Source: Candidatus Latescibacterota bacterium
Lineage (GTDB): Bacteria > Latescibacterota > UBA2968 > GCA-2709665
DNA length: 64,000 nt
NCBI GenBank assembly: GCA_965226795.1
Contig: CBDDDZ010000005.1
Location: forward strand, 544,001 to 608,000
Direction: 5' to 3'
Part shown: piece after piece, positions 18,936-29,306 of the stretch
Position numbering within the stretch: the first letter of the stretch is position 1
How the letters are laid out: every line of letters starts with the position of its first letter
Translations under genes and position numbers: made by a program
Notes under the pieces: generated by a model
The model's input: the letters and a program-made list of their open reading frames with translations, nothing else
Told to the model about the DNA's origin: nothing
The model's database searches: none

Positions 18936-18964
18936 AAGTGATGGGTCTCCTTTTTGATCGGGCT

Positions 18965-19195
18965 TCAGGAAGTTGCGTCCGATTCCGGTTTGTATTGGAA
19001 GAGGTCGCCGGGCGTGCAATTGAGCGCCTGGCAGAGAGATTCGATGGTGGCCAGATCGATCCGTTTCGCCCGGTTGTTGAAGATGGCGGAGACGGTATTG
19101 GCCTGAAGGCCCGTCAGCCTGGCGATTTCCGAGATCCGGTACGGCCGGTGCGGGCCCTTTTCGGCCATGAGAATGTGGAGTTGAAATTTCAACAT
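18965..19195 (-). CDS. Cro/C1-type HTH transcriptional regulator
   Basis: ISEIARLTGL..NTVS, RIDL.TIESLC.ALNCTPGDLF. Confidence 0.88.
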   Translation of the reverse strand: MLKFQLHILMAEKGPHRPYRISEIARLTGLQANTVSAIFNNRAKRIDLATIESLCQALNCTPGDLFQYKPESDATS

Positions 19196-19473
19196 TCGAC
19201 GAAACGGTATAGAGGGTTTGAGGGCAATTGACTATCGGGGTATTGCTATCGAGAAAAAAGTAAGAACGAGGTAAAAAATTATAAAATATATAGTATTATA
19301 CGTAATTAATTACTTGTATCATGGAAAAACAATGTGATTGGATGGCGCAACGCCGTTGACCCCGAGTCGGCTGTTGATTTGACAGTACAAGGACGGACAG
19401 ATCCTTTTCACAGGCATTCGCCGTACTGCCTTTACTGTATCCATTGTGTGATTCCCGGTGTGTATGCGTTTTC

Positions 19474-19974
19474 TCAATCGATGATCGTGAGAGAGATGCC
19501 GGCCTTCGCGCCGTATTTGTTTTCCGTGTCGTCGGCCACGCCCCGGTCCAGGGTGGCTTCGGTAAAAAAGTGAAACGGACCCAGCCATTTGATGTTCAGA
19601 CCCGCCACGGCGGTAAAAAGTACCTTTGTGGACGACAGGTCGATGAGTTCCGTATCCGATTCCTCTTTCGTGTATATCAGGCCGCTTCCGGCTCCGCCGT
19701 AAATGCGGAACTTGTCTCCCAGGGGAATCTTGTAGAGCCCCCGGATGGACAACGGCACGGTAATTACACCGTCTCTATCGTAATACTCGGCGGCGAGCAT
19801 CACCCCGGCGGGTTTGCTGCCGAACGGCAGGATGATGGAGCCGTGCCAGCCTGGTTCTTTGTCTTCGATATACAATCCGCCCCCCGCACGGAAGGCGATC
19901 TGGGCGTGTGTTTTCGAGTTGTCCGCACCCAGCAGGAGGAACACGGCCAGTGCCGGGGCGAGGTATCTGATCAT
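19474..19974 (-). CDS. Outer-membrane beta-barrel protein
   Basis: Signal peptide; amphipathic beta strands; IYGGAGSG; C-terminal AGISL. Confidence 0.7.
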   Translation of the reverse strand: MIRYLAPALAVFLLLGADNSKTHAQIAFRAGGGLYIEDKEPGWHGSIILPFGSKPAGVMLAAEYYDRDGVITVPLSIRGLYKIPLGDKFRIYGGAGSGLIYTKEESDTELIDLSSTKVLFTAVAGLNIKWLGPFHFFTEATLDRGVADDTENKYGAKAGISLTIID

Positions 19975-20024
19975 AGATGACGTTCTCCTCTCCTATGAGA
20001 AATGATGCGCCAAGGAACCCGACC

Positions 20025-20387
20025 TCAAAACCGGTAAGCGATTCCCAGGCGGCCGGCAGCCGCCCGCAATTTTCCCTCTGAAGTCCACAACAACAGGTCC
20101 GACAACCGTGCGGAGGCCATCAGGCGCGCATCGATCAGACCGACCCCCGCGGCGGATAGCTGGTGATGATCGATGAAATGCAGGACTTCACGCTGGCTGG
20201 CCGCGGAAGCCTGCGGAAGCGTTTGAAGCAACGTGAGAAACTCCGTCCTGTTGTCCAACTTCCCACAGGCCAGTTCTCCCACGATCAACGGATGGCATGC
20301 GACCCTTGCTTCATGCAGGAGGGCTCTCAATCGTCTATTCCCTGTGCGAAGGAACGAGACCCATATTGGCGTGTCGACAAGGACCAT
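20025..20387 (-). CDS. vapC: VapC PIN-domain toxin
   Basis: VLVDT.IW, HP.IVGELACG, G.GLIDA.L.ASA, LWT. Confidence 0.88.
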   Translation of the reverse strand: MVLVDTPIWVSFLRTGNRRLRALLHEARVACHPLIVGELACGKLDNRTEFLTLLQTLPQASAASQREVLHFIDHHQLSAAGVGLIDARLMASARLSDLLLWTSEGKLRAAAGRLGIAYRF

Positions 20388-20389
20388 GG

Positions 20390-20587
20390 CTATGGGTTTT
20401 CAGGACGCCGCCTCGGGACCGGCAGCAGGCTTTTTTCCGTGCCTTCGAGTTCCGCGAGCCTTTTGCTGCTCTCGCGGGCGATCAGGGCTTCGAGGCCAAG
20501 CCTGACCAGGGCGGTTTTCTGTTTGATACCGGTTAAAGCGGATGCCTGGTTCAGCAGGGCATCGTCTATATTGAGCGTCGTTCGCAT
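20390..20587 (-). CDS. vapB: VapB antitoxin
   Basis: MRTTLNIDD.LL..A..LTGI..KTALVR.GLEALIARES. Confidence 0.9.
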   Translation of the reverse strand: MRTTLNIDDALLNQASALTGIKQKTALVRLGLEALIARESSKRLAELEGTEKSLLPVPRRRPENP

Positions 20588-20883
20588 ATGCTATAATATG
20601 CATAAATTATACATATAAGTCAAGTGCGATTCGGTATCCCAATAACGAACGAACCGACAGAACGTACACAGCACATTGGCCCGACCGGAATTTGCATTAG
20701 GGATTGATTGGCGGTATGTTAAGTTAGGTTGGAGCGAAGCTGTCAATTTCGTGGAGGGCGAGGAGACCACATCAAGAGGAACTCGCCGAAAGCGGAAAAA
20801 ACAATCGGGAACGGCTAGCGATGGGATTTGCTATGTGCCAGCCCGTATATTTCCTATAAATCTTCTATTTTCATTTCCTTACG

Positions 20884-20968
20884 CCCTTTTTCTTTCTCGC
20901 CAAAGAAAAAGGGCCAAAAAGAACGGCGCCGCTCGGCGCGGGGCCGTTCTTTCCGTGAATCACCTCAT
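20884..20968. repeat. Hairpin/mirror-repeat element copy B (no insert)
   Basis: Left part identical to copy A, right part like copy D. Confidence 0.85.
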
Positions 20969-21604
20969 AGGCACAAATGGAAATTGGGTGCCCTACGAGC
21001 ACTTGAGGCGTACCAATGCATCGTTGCTGGAGGGATTCGCACGGAAAAACCCCCCGCTCCGCCACCGGACGGCCATGATGTATACCGCGACGGCGTTTTG
21101 TACGTGTTTGAGATCTTGCCGCCAGTCCAAATCCGAATTTCTCTACGTGGTAACGTATAGGTAATGATACTGGTCCGATTAACACGGAGAACCATCCTCC
21201 ACCCGCATAGCGGTTAACCTGTTGGCCGGTGGTTTATCGGGCCAACAGGTGACGCCTGGTGTTGGCGTCCGACGTTGATGGTGAGCGGCGCGATTTTTGC
21301 CGCGAACAGACCCCCCGCTCCACAGCCTGACGGGCGAGAGGTTGATGGAAATGGATCTGCGTATGGATTTGCGGCAGTACCGCTATCCGGTTTTAGATGA
21401 TTGTTTAACGCTGACGGCTGCACGCACTCAGATATCCAAACGGCTGTCTGGCGCGATGCCAATCCGGAGCACTATCAGAGCAGAGCGCGCGGTTCCGTTA
21501 GTCGGCGTGGATCGATGATCCTCCTCAAATGGTAGGGCAAAGAATCATGTGCATCCCGTTAGGCAATTCGCGCTATGCATATGGCAGGCACCGCGCCCAG
21601 CGGC

Positions 21605-21690
21605 GACTTTTGGTTCCTTTTGGTCGCGTCAAAAGGAACTCGCCGAAGGCAGGGAAATTGGGGAGATGTGGGTTCTGGATTTTATTTTGC
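21605..21690. repeat. Related opposite-orientation hairpin element
   Basis: ACTTTTGGTTCCTTTTGGTCGCGTCAAAAGGAACTCGCCGAAGGCAGGGAA...GGGAGATGTGG; similar to about 61773..61825. Confidence 0.6.
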
Positions 21691-21815
21691 GCCTTCAGCT
21701 GACCTGTACGCTAACTGCTGAATTGAGGTGATTATTTTCGCCAAAGGCACGTATTCGGGGAAATTTCGTAGATTAAGGTCTATTGCCTTCTTGTCTTTAC
21801 ACAACGCGGTGACAG

Positions 21816-22277
21816 ATGGCTGAGAAATTCAAACTGATTCCGGAAGCGCATGTCTTTCTGATGAACGGCAACGACGAAGTGCTGCTACTGAGACGGTTCA
21901 ATACGGGGTATGAAGATGGGAAGTACAGCGTGGTCGCGGGGCACATCGACGGCAATGAGGAGGTCAGGGCGGCGGCCATACGGGAAGCCCGGGAAGAGGC
22001 GGGAATCCACATCGAGATCTCTGACATCGAAGTGGTCGGGGTGATTCACCGTAAGGACGAGGACGAACGGGTGGCGTTCTTCCTTGCCGCCTCCAGGTGG
22101 AGCGGGGACGTCGTCAACGCCGAGCCTCACAGGTGCGACGAGCTGTCCTGGTATTCCATTCACGATCTGCCTGCCAATATGGTGCTTTACGTCAGGCGGG
22201 GCTTTGAAAACTATCTGAGCGGCCGGTTCTACGACAGTTTTGGCTGGGAAGTCGAGTCCAGGGCTCCCGCCGGATGA
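21816..22277 (+). CDS. NUDIX hydrolase
   Basis: Nudix box GHIDGNEEVRAAAIREAREEAG; LLRRFNTGY.DG; N.EP..C. Confidence 0.92.
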   Translation: MAEKFKLIPEAHVFLMNGNDEVLLLRRFNTGYEDGKYSVVAGHIDGNEEVRAAAIREAREEAGIHIEISDIEVVGVIHRKDEDERVAFFLAASRWSGDVVNAEPHRCDELSWYSIHDLPANMVLYVRRGFENYLSGRFYDSFGWEVESRAPAG

Positions 22278-22350
22278 TCGCCTCGGGATACGGCCTGACG
22301 AACGGCCGCTCTATCATTCTGAGCGCGGTCAAGAGAGGACATCAACGACC

Positions 22351-22800
22351 ATGGAAGACAGCAAGATCGACCTTACGGTCCAGGTGCACCCTCAATTCAG
22401 AGTCCTTTCGGTCACGCTTGGCGTCTTACACATCATTGGCGGTATTCTCTTTATCAGCGGCGGAAACGACTATTTCGGTTTCCTGAATCTGGCCTTCGGT
22501 CCACTGTGGCTGTTATGGGGTTTGTTTTACAGCCGAATCAACAGACACATGATCGTGATTCATGAGGGGCACCCGGAAATCCGAAAAGGTCTCTTCAGGA
22601 GCCGCAGAATACCCTGGGCATCGATTTCGGAAATCCGTTTCGAGTCGACCGGGATGGAAATCCTGGTTGGCAGATGAAAGAGCGCGACCTCGAAATTCGA
22701 CGAATTGAGCTATAGCGCAAATCAGACGATAAAACACGAGTGCGTCTCAAAACTCAGGCGCTTTGCCGAGGCAAACGGAGTGTCGATTGTGGGCGGTTAG
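22351..22800 (+). pseudogene. Small membrane protein (PH-like domain) with in-frame TGA at 22675-22677
   Basis: Two TM helices then RIPWASISEI; the frame continues 40 codons past TGA (KSATSKFDELSY...VGG) to TAG 22800. Confidence 0.55.
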
Positions 22801-22920
22801 CCAGCTTGGCCGAGGCGATCGAATCGTCTCAGGCTAATTTGTATATATGTGGCGTCAATCGGGAAACCGGCTGTCGGAGCATCACGGCATCCAGGAAGAA
22901 TATCAGGTCGAGGATTGAAC

Positions 22921-23667
22921 ATGCGCGATTCTTCGTCCGAATATTTCAGTTATTTCGGGAACATCGCGGAATCGTACGATCGGGTCCAGCCGGTCCTTAG
23001 CCCTCCGTACGCGAGGGGCCTGGAGATGATTGTCGATCTGATTCCCCTGGATCCGGACGAACCATTCGAGTTTGTGGATCTCGGCTGCGGCACCGCGGAG
23101 CCGACGGCGCGCGTGCTGGAACGCTTTCGCCGGGCTACGGGCACGTGCATAGACAGCGAACCGGAGATGCTCCGACTCGCGCAGCAGAAATTGGCGCCGT
23201 ATTTGGGAAGGATCGAGGTAAGGGAAGCGGACCTGATCGATTGCGCGGTGCCGTCGTGCGACGTGGTTTTCTCGGCGAAAACCGTTCACCACGTACATCC
23301 TGACCATCTGCCCGCGCTATTTGCGCGGATTGCGGGTGCGCTAAGGCCGAACGGTTGTTTCATCCTCTACGACACGATGTCGATCGGCCCCGGTTGGGGA
23401 GCGGAAATTCGCCTGCAATTGTCGCGATACCGCGAGCGTCACATTAGGAACGCGATTGAATCGGGGACGGTGACCCGGGAGGAAATCGACGCCAGGCGCG
23501 AATACAAACGAAGGATGAAGTCTGCGGGGAAGGACGTCGAATACGAACATCGCGCGGAAGACCTCATCCACGCGATGACGGGGGCGGGGTTCGACGACGT
23601 TGCCGTGGTGTGGCGGATGTTCGCCGACACGATCCTGCTGGGATTTACGCCGCCGGGCGATTCCTGA
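22921..23667 (+). CDS. Class I SAM-dependent methyltransferase
   Basis: VDLGCGT, IDSEPEML, DVVFS..TVHH, L.PNG.F. Confidence 0.9.
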   Translation: MRDSSSEYFSYFGNIAESYDRVQPVLSPPYARGLEMIVDLIPLDPDEPFEFVDLGCGTAEPTARVLERFRRATGTCIDSEPEMLRLAQQKLAPYLGRIEVREADLIDCAVPSCDVVFSAKTVHHVHPDHLPALFARIAGALRPNGCFILYDTMSIGPGWGAEIRLQLSRYRERHIRNAIESGTVTREEIDARREYKRRMKSAGKDVEYEHRAEDLIHAMTGAGFDDVAVVWRMFADTILLGFTPPGDS

Positions 23668-23730
23668 AGCGAAAATGCGGGGTGTGACAAATTCGAAAAT
23701 TTTCTCGGATATTCTCTCCTGGTCCGCTGA

Positions 23731-24180
23731 TCACTCGTCCACGAGACGCAAAGCTTCTTCTCTCAATGCAGTGCTCACATAGAATCCGGCAACATCGAGA
23801 TCGATGAGCAAGGGTTCGATGGAAGACACGATATTCCTTTTCCTGGCGAGGACCAGAATACCGACCGTGCCAATTACGTCAAGTCCGAATTTTCTGGCGA
23901 CACTTCGCGCGCGGCGATCATCCGTGATTATTCTACATTGTTGCTCCTGAGCGAGTGCGATAGCCTCTGCTTCTCCATCGTCAATGATCAGCTTCAGTGC
24001 AACAACCGATGATGGATCGGATAGTCGCTCTACCTTCAACCATGGCAAGGAGATTCCGACTTCCCGCTCCACAGCCGGTGGTATTAGTACGGTTTCAAAT
24101 ATGGCTGGAAGAATTTCGACATTTCCGATCCGTTCGAGCGCAATCAGGCACGTGCTATCCGATACGATGCGCTCGCTCAC
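23731..24180 (-). CDS. DUF3368 PIN-like protein
   Basis: IVSDSTCLIAL, IPPAV..E, DDGEAEAIALA, DDRRAR, GTVGIL. Confidence 0.88.
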   Translation of the reverse strand: MSERIVSDSTCLIALERIGNVEILPAIFETVLIPPAVEREVGISLPWLKVERLSDPSSVVALKLIIDDGEAEAIALAQEQQCRIITDDRRARSVARKFGLDVIGTVGILVLARKRNIVSSIEPLLIDLDVAGFYVSTALREEALRLVDE

Positions 24181-24401
24181 TCACCGATCTCCTGCCGCAA
24201 CTCTGCAGGAGAATAATCGAAGATCGGAACCTGATGTTTCCCAAGAATCTCCATAAACGCGCGTTTGGAGTGTCCCGCGGTTCTGGCCGCCTGCCCAAGT
24301 GAAACTTTACCAGTTTCATAGAGCTTGATGGCGAGGAGTATTTTCGCTTCTTCCTGCGATAGTCCGGAAGGAAGCTCGACTCTCAAGTCTGTTGCAACCA
24401 T
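24177..24401 (-). CDS. UPF0175 family protein (putative antitoxin)
   Basis: LAIKLYE.GKVSLGQAA..AG.SKR.FMEILG; overlaps the start of the DUF3368 gene. Confidence 0.88.
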   Translation of the reverse strand: MVATDLRVELPSGLSQEEAKILLAIKLYETGKVSLGQAARTAGHSKRAFMEILGKHQVPIFDYSPAELRQEIGE

Positions 24402-24552
24402 AGTTTGCGTCCTAGGGAATTTGCACCTCGTAAGTCTTCGTCAGGAAGTTGGACCAGATTCGTCTTATGACGAAAATATAGGTTAATCCGACCCAAAATC
24501 AAAATCACGTGCTGACGTCGATCCGGACACTAAGCCGGGCCCCTTAGCCGCC

Positions 24553-24657
24553 GCCCTGAGCCTCGCCCTGAGCTTGCCGAAGGGTTGTCGAAGGGTCGGG
24601 GAAGGACTGTGAAGAGCGAATGGTTATCGAAACGTGGGCGCTTCGACACGCTCAGCA
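24553..24657. repeat. CTGAGC...GTCGAAG / CTTCGAC..GCTCAG REP-like repeat, self-nested
   Basis: CCCTGAGCC[TCGCCCTGAGCTTGCCGAAGGG]TTGTCGAAGGG with inverted partner CTTCGACACGCTCAG. Confidence 0.6.
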
Positions 24658-24716
24658 CGCGCAACGCATGCAGCGTCCACGTTTCCTGCATCCGGCTACA
24701 CCGGCCGGGCCTATTG

Positions 24717-25574
24717 CTATCCGGCGCTGACCACGGGCTGCGTCGATTCGTGCGAGCAGAGGACCACCGGCAGGTTGCTGACCATCTTCGCCCTTTGTTC
24801 ATCCGTGAGCCTGATGACGTCCTCGTCCATGAGTCGCCGGACCGCCATTTCGACCATCCCCACGGCGCCGTCGACGATCTTCCCTCTTGCCGAAATGACC
24901 GCTTCGGCCTGCTAGCGCTGCAACATGGCGTTGGCGATTTCCGGGGCATAGGCCAGGTGGTTGATCCTGGCTTCCTCGATCCGGACGCCCGCGTCCTGAA
25001 CGCGCTGCTGGATCTCCGCGCCGAGGGATTCCGATACCTCCGTGATCAAAGATCGGAGGCTGATGTCGTCGCCCTCAGCCTGGTCGTAGGGGTAGCTGGT
25101 TGCGAGATGTCTGATTGCCGATTCCGACTGAACCCTTACATATTGTTCATAGTCGTCAACGTCGAACAAGGCCTGTACGGCGACCTGCACTCTCCAGACG
25201 ATGACGGCGGAGATTTCGATGGGGTTGCCCCTGCTGTCGTTCACTTTGAGCCGTTCGCTGTCGAAGTTCCTGGCGCGCAGCGAGACCTTTGTCCGACTCT
25301 TGAACGGGTTGGTCCATCGGAATCCCTGGGTGGTCTCGGTGCCCTTGTAGTCGCCGAAAAGCAGGAGAACGACGCACTGATTCGGTTCCACTGCGAATAA
25401 CCCGGTGAGGAAGACGATCACGACCACGAGAAGCAGGATCGACGAGACAATGGGAACGGCCCCGCCACCGGTTACGCCGTATATAAACACGGCCACGGAC
25501 AGGGCCAGGAGTAGAAGCAAGACGGCCAGCATCAACCAGCCGCTGGACTGCGGGGCGATTTTTTCTTCCGTCAT
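24717..25574 (-). pseudogene. SPFH/band 7 protein with in-frame TAG at 24912-24914
   Basis: [26 protein letters not shown]; the conserved tail AR..IVDGAVGMVEMA...MVSNL.VVLC continues in frame. Confidence 0.88.
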
Positions 25575-25923
25575 GCGAGACCTCCATGGTTGTGTGATTG
25601 GATTCTTCGAATTCAAAAAAGGGTCAATCTGCGCCCCGGCGACGATCAGGTTCGGGGGGCGATACCACCTCCATTGCCGCGTATGTATCGGTACGACGCG
25701 GAAGTAAACCCTTTTGTTTCGGATTCATCAGAGAAATACGAGGCTACGCGTCGGAGGGCACGTTTCGACCGGGCTGACAATGCATCCCGGCGTTCGCGTC
25801 GGGAATCTCCGGACCGAAACCTCTCACGTACCGGTATATACAGCAGTTGTTCGATTGAGACGGATGACAAGCCTTCGGCACCGGACAGATGACATCCGTT
25901 TGCCGCGCGACAACATCGAATTC

Positions 25924-25948
25924 GTAGGGGCAACCGTTGTGGTTGCCC
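25924..25948 (+). repeat. GTAG-type REP palindrome
   Basis: GTAGGGGCAACCGTTGTGGTTGCCC. Confidence 0.8.
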
Positions 25949-26094
25949 GCTCTTTCTTGTTTTGTCCAGTCGCTTCAAATGGAATCGGCCGTCGGCACGA
26001 GAAAGGCACTTGGGAAAGAGTGGATGATGGGATAAGCTCCGGGACTCTGAGGTCATTTCCCTCAGTCTTTAATTAATTTTCTCTTTTTCCCTCG

Positions 26095-26275
26095 TCCTTT
26101 TTCTTATTCGCGTAAGAAAAAGGACCAAAAAGAACCGCGCCGCTCAGACGCCGCGGGGCTGCTTTTCCGCGAACTACTTTTACAATGGAGACCAGCGGTT
26201 GTGCCCTGCGGGGTTTTTGGGCGCTCGCCATGCGACGTCGATGGACGGAATAGCGCGGAAAAGCCCCCTCACCGC
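26095..26275. repeat. Hairpin/mirror-repeat element copy C (no insert)
   Basis: TCCTTTTTCTTA-TTCGCG-TAAGAAAAAGGA-CCAAAAAGAA; left part as copy D, right part as copy A. Confidence 0.85.
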
Positions 26276-26399
26276 CACCGCGCGGGCGTGAGGTAGACCC
26301 GGAAGGACCGCCGGACGGTTTGGCGTCTTACCGCTCTCGTCTGCCCGCTTTTCCCGGGAGCGAGGGCTTCCAGCCCTCGAGGCGCCGTCGTTGGATATT

Positions 26400-26495
26400 G
26401 TAGGGGCAACCCTTGTGGTTGCCCTCGTGATGGCGCTGATATCGCTAACTCGACATTGCATGGGATCTGTAGGGGCGACCGGCTGGTCGCCCTAC
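26400..26495 (+). repeat. Two GTAG-type REP palindromes
   Basis: GTAGGGGCAACCCTTGTGGTTGCCC (26400-26424) and GTAGGGGCGACCGGCTGGTCGCCCTAC (26469-26495). Confidence 0.8.
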
Positions 26496-26754
26496 ACCAA
26501 AATGGACGGAACGCCCCTCATGATGTCGAATATGCTCTGTAGCGGGTGTAGGAGTATTCCAGGTCGCATGCGTCGCAATATGCGACATCGATAAGGCCGA
26601 CGGGTCGTTTTCCATGTTCCTTTTCGATAACCGAAAATTGTAGATTTGGGTCGATATTTAGCGTAAAGGGAGTTTCGTCGTGTCGCAGGACACCAGCTTC
26701 GGCCTTTCGGTTATCGGTCCGATATCGTTGAATTGTCCAGGTATTCCTGTATAG

Positions 26755-27615
26755 ATGGGGTCTGTTGAAATGTTACCTGCTACCAATCACGTGCTGCGGG
26801 TTTCCTCGGCGCATTATTTCTGGCAGGGCAGTGGAATGCTCTCCCTTAAATCGTTCCGGAATGGGGCCGCGCACTATCAGGTGGACGGCCACGACATTCA
26901 GGTGGATGATCGATCATACCTCGTGTTGAACCGTGATCAGGAATATACGATAGATATTGATTCCGCTCGCGTGGTAGACGCATTTTGCATCTTCTTTCGC
27001 GATGGGTTCGCTGAGGAAGTTCTGCGCACCCAAAACGTGGATGCGTGCACGCTTGTTGATCACCCGGACGGTGTCCCGCCACATGTGGAATTTTTCCAGG
27101 TGACACGCCCTCATGACGATATCCTCACGCCCGCGTTGAACAGTCTTGAAGAGTCGTATCCCCGGCGACGGCAGGAATCCGGGTGGCTCGATGAGAAGAT
27201 GCACGTAATCATGGAGAGACTGCTGCGGGTGCAGGGTCGGGTGAATCAGGAAGTCCAGGCGGTGGAGGCAATTCGGGCTTCAACTCGAACAGAGCTTTAC
27301 AAACGGATCCATAGAGCTCGGGATTTTATCTGCTTCGCTTACGCGGAGTCCATTTCGTTAGACGACATGGCTGGCGTTGCGTGCCTGTCCGTTAATCACT
27401 TTCTGCGGACTTTCAAGCAGATTCTGGGGCAAACGCCGCACCAATTCCTGGTATCGACCCGCTTGGCGCGAGCCGCGATTCTCCTTACCGATACGGATCG
27501 CTCCGTAACGGACATTGCCCTGGCTGTCGGATTCGAGAGTCCGGGTTCGTTCTCCTGGCTGTTTCGCCGGCGTTTCGGAGTTTCCCCGTCGGGATTTCGC
27601 AATATAAAAAAGTGA
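26755..27615 (+). CDS. AraC family transcriptional regulator
   Basis: ACLS.NHFLRTFKQ..GQTPHQ, SVTDIA.AVGFES.GSFS.LFRRRFGVSP. Confidence 0.93.
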   Translation: MGSVEMLPATNHVLRVSSAHYFWQGSGMLSLKSFRNGAAHYQVDGHDIQVDDRSYLVLNRDQEYTIDIDSARVVDAFCIFFRDGFAEEVLRTQNVDACTLVDHPDGVPPHVEFFQVTRPHDDILTPALNSLEESYPRRRQESGWLDEKMHVIMERLLRVQGRVNQEVQAVEAIRASTRTELYKRIHRARDFICFAYAESISLDDMAGVACLSVNHFLRTFKQILGQTPHQFLVSTRLARAAILLTDTDRSVTDIALAVGFESPGSFSWLFRRRFGVSPSGFRNIKK

Positions 27616-27688
27616 TTTCAAAGAAGTGTTCGACGACGGATGTCCTTATATTTGGGTGAACACCCAACCCAATAAAGGAGGTTTCGCC

Positions 27689-28084
27689 ATGTCGCAGGAC
27701 AACAGCTTGGGACTGTCGGTCATCGGTCAGATTTCGGTAACCGTTCAGGATCTCGACCGTGCGGTCGAGTTCTATCGTGATCAACTGGGTATGCAGTTCC
27801 TCTTCCGCGTTCCGAGGATGGCTTTCTTCAATTGTTCGGGCGTCCGCCTTTTGCTCGGTCTTTCGGAAGATGAATCGGCGGACGTGCACGCTTCCATACT
27901 CTATTACAAGGTGGAGGACCTCGAAGGCGCCTGTGAAGTGCTGCGATCGAGGGGAGTGACCTTCGACAGTAAACCTCACAAGATTGCCGATATGCCCGAC
28001 CATGAACTCTGGATGGCCTTCTTCCGGGACTCCGAGATGAATCTCATGGCCCTTATGGCGGAGAAGCCGAGACGGGAGCAATGA
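27689..28084 (+). CDS. VOC/glyoxalase family protein
   Basis: IGQI...VQDLDRAVEFYRD.LG, LWMAFFRDSE.N; AAGGAGG RBS. Confidence 0.92.
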   Translation: MSQDNSLGLSVIGQISVTVQDLDRAVEFYRDQLGMQFLFRVPRMAFFNCSGVRLLLGLSEDESADVHASILYYKVEDLEGACEVLRSRGVTFDSKPHKIADMPDHELWMAFFRDSEMNLMALMAEKPRREQ

Positions 28085-28483
28085 CGGTCGCAATCTTCGG
28101 AGAAAACAAACCGGGCCGATACCTTGTGGATCGCACCCGGAAATTTGTCTGCTGCGACGGTCAATCTTCATTTGACATCGCCTGAAGCGCTTCTACGACG
28201 ATTCCGAGGGCTGATACGGGGACGTGTTGGCGGGAAACCCGCCGCAACTTGAACTGCCCCGACATTTCCCAGCGCGCCGTGCCGGATATACCGGTTCACG
28301 GCGCGTTTTGGGTTTCAGTCGCGCCGTACATGGAAAGCGGACCGAGGGATTCCCCGGTCCGCGGGTTTTGGCGATACGGATTTGTCGATCTATTGGGAAG
28401 TTACTAAAGTCGGCGACAATGTGACGGGTGGCATCCGTGGGCTAACGATAGACCCATACGGCGTTTTTCTGGCCTGGCGGCGG

Positions 28484-28987
28484 CTAGGCGCCGTTTTCGT
28501 CAGGTCCGGCCGAGGGACCCGCCCCGGGGGTCGCGGCACTGCGTAAACGGAGCCAGATCGCGCGGATCAGCATCGGAATTCCGACCAGGACCAGAAATGG
28601 AGCGAGGGCGTAGATGACCACCATATGAGGGCCGAGCAATCCGCCTACCAGACTGAACAGAACCGCAAGCGGGGTCGCCACCGCCAATCCAACCAGTAAC
28701 AAAATGCGCGGGGTTCCGCCAACGCCCCTCAACAGGCGTTGCGCCAGCAATCCGATCAGGGTACCGGCGATAAAGAACAGGATCAATCCGGAAAGGATGC
28801 CCGGAATCGCAACGAGCAACCCATATGGGTTCGCGTCATCCATCGTACCGAAGCGAATTACGGCGATCAGCACCTGAAGAATGCATAATCCCAGGCCGAA
28901 CCACACCGGCATCTTCCAGTAGTCCCACGAGCGGCGGTTCGGAGCTTCCGTTTGACCACCAGCGGCGTTTCCTGCAACGTATTCCAT
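28484..28987 (-). CDS. Hypothetical membrane protein (about 4 TM)
   Basis: Four hydrophobic segments; GGAGG RBS. Confidence 0.75.
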   Translation of the reverse strand: MEYVAGNAAGGQTEAPNRRSWDYWKMPVWFGLGLCILQVLIAVIRFGTMDDANPYGLLVAIPGILSGLILFFIAGTLIGLLAQRLLRGVGGTPRILLLVGLAVATPLAVLFSLVGGLLGPHMVVIYALAPFLVLVGIPMLIRAIWLRLRSAATPGAGPSAGPDENGA

Positions 28988-29098
28988 GACGATGTTCCTC
29001 CGTTAAATCCGATCGAACGTCAGCGAGGTCTTCCATCGAAGAAGCGCAAGTCCCGCCTGTCGATCCGCCCGAAGTGTAAACGGAATACCCTCATTCTT

Positions 29099-29250
29099 TC
29101 ACTTTAACTGGAAATTGAAGCAGGTATCCGGATTGGGTTCTTTTACTAGCGTATAGTGCCACCATTCCTTGTCGCAATTTACAAGACCGTGCGCTTCCAT
29201 CAACGTCTTCAGTAGCTGACGGTTGCATTTTTTTTGCTCCGTGATCCGGG
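29099..29250 (-). pseudogene. C-terminal remnant of a D-Ala-D-Ala dipeptidase (VanX/DdpX, M15)
   Basis: NRQLLK.LMEAHG.....KEWWHYTL..EP.PDT.FNF. Confidence 0.75.
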
Positions 29251-29306
29251 AAAGTGAACCTTTACCCGCCGGCGTGCGCCTTGCAGGGTAGAGGAAAGGC
29301 GATCGA

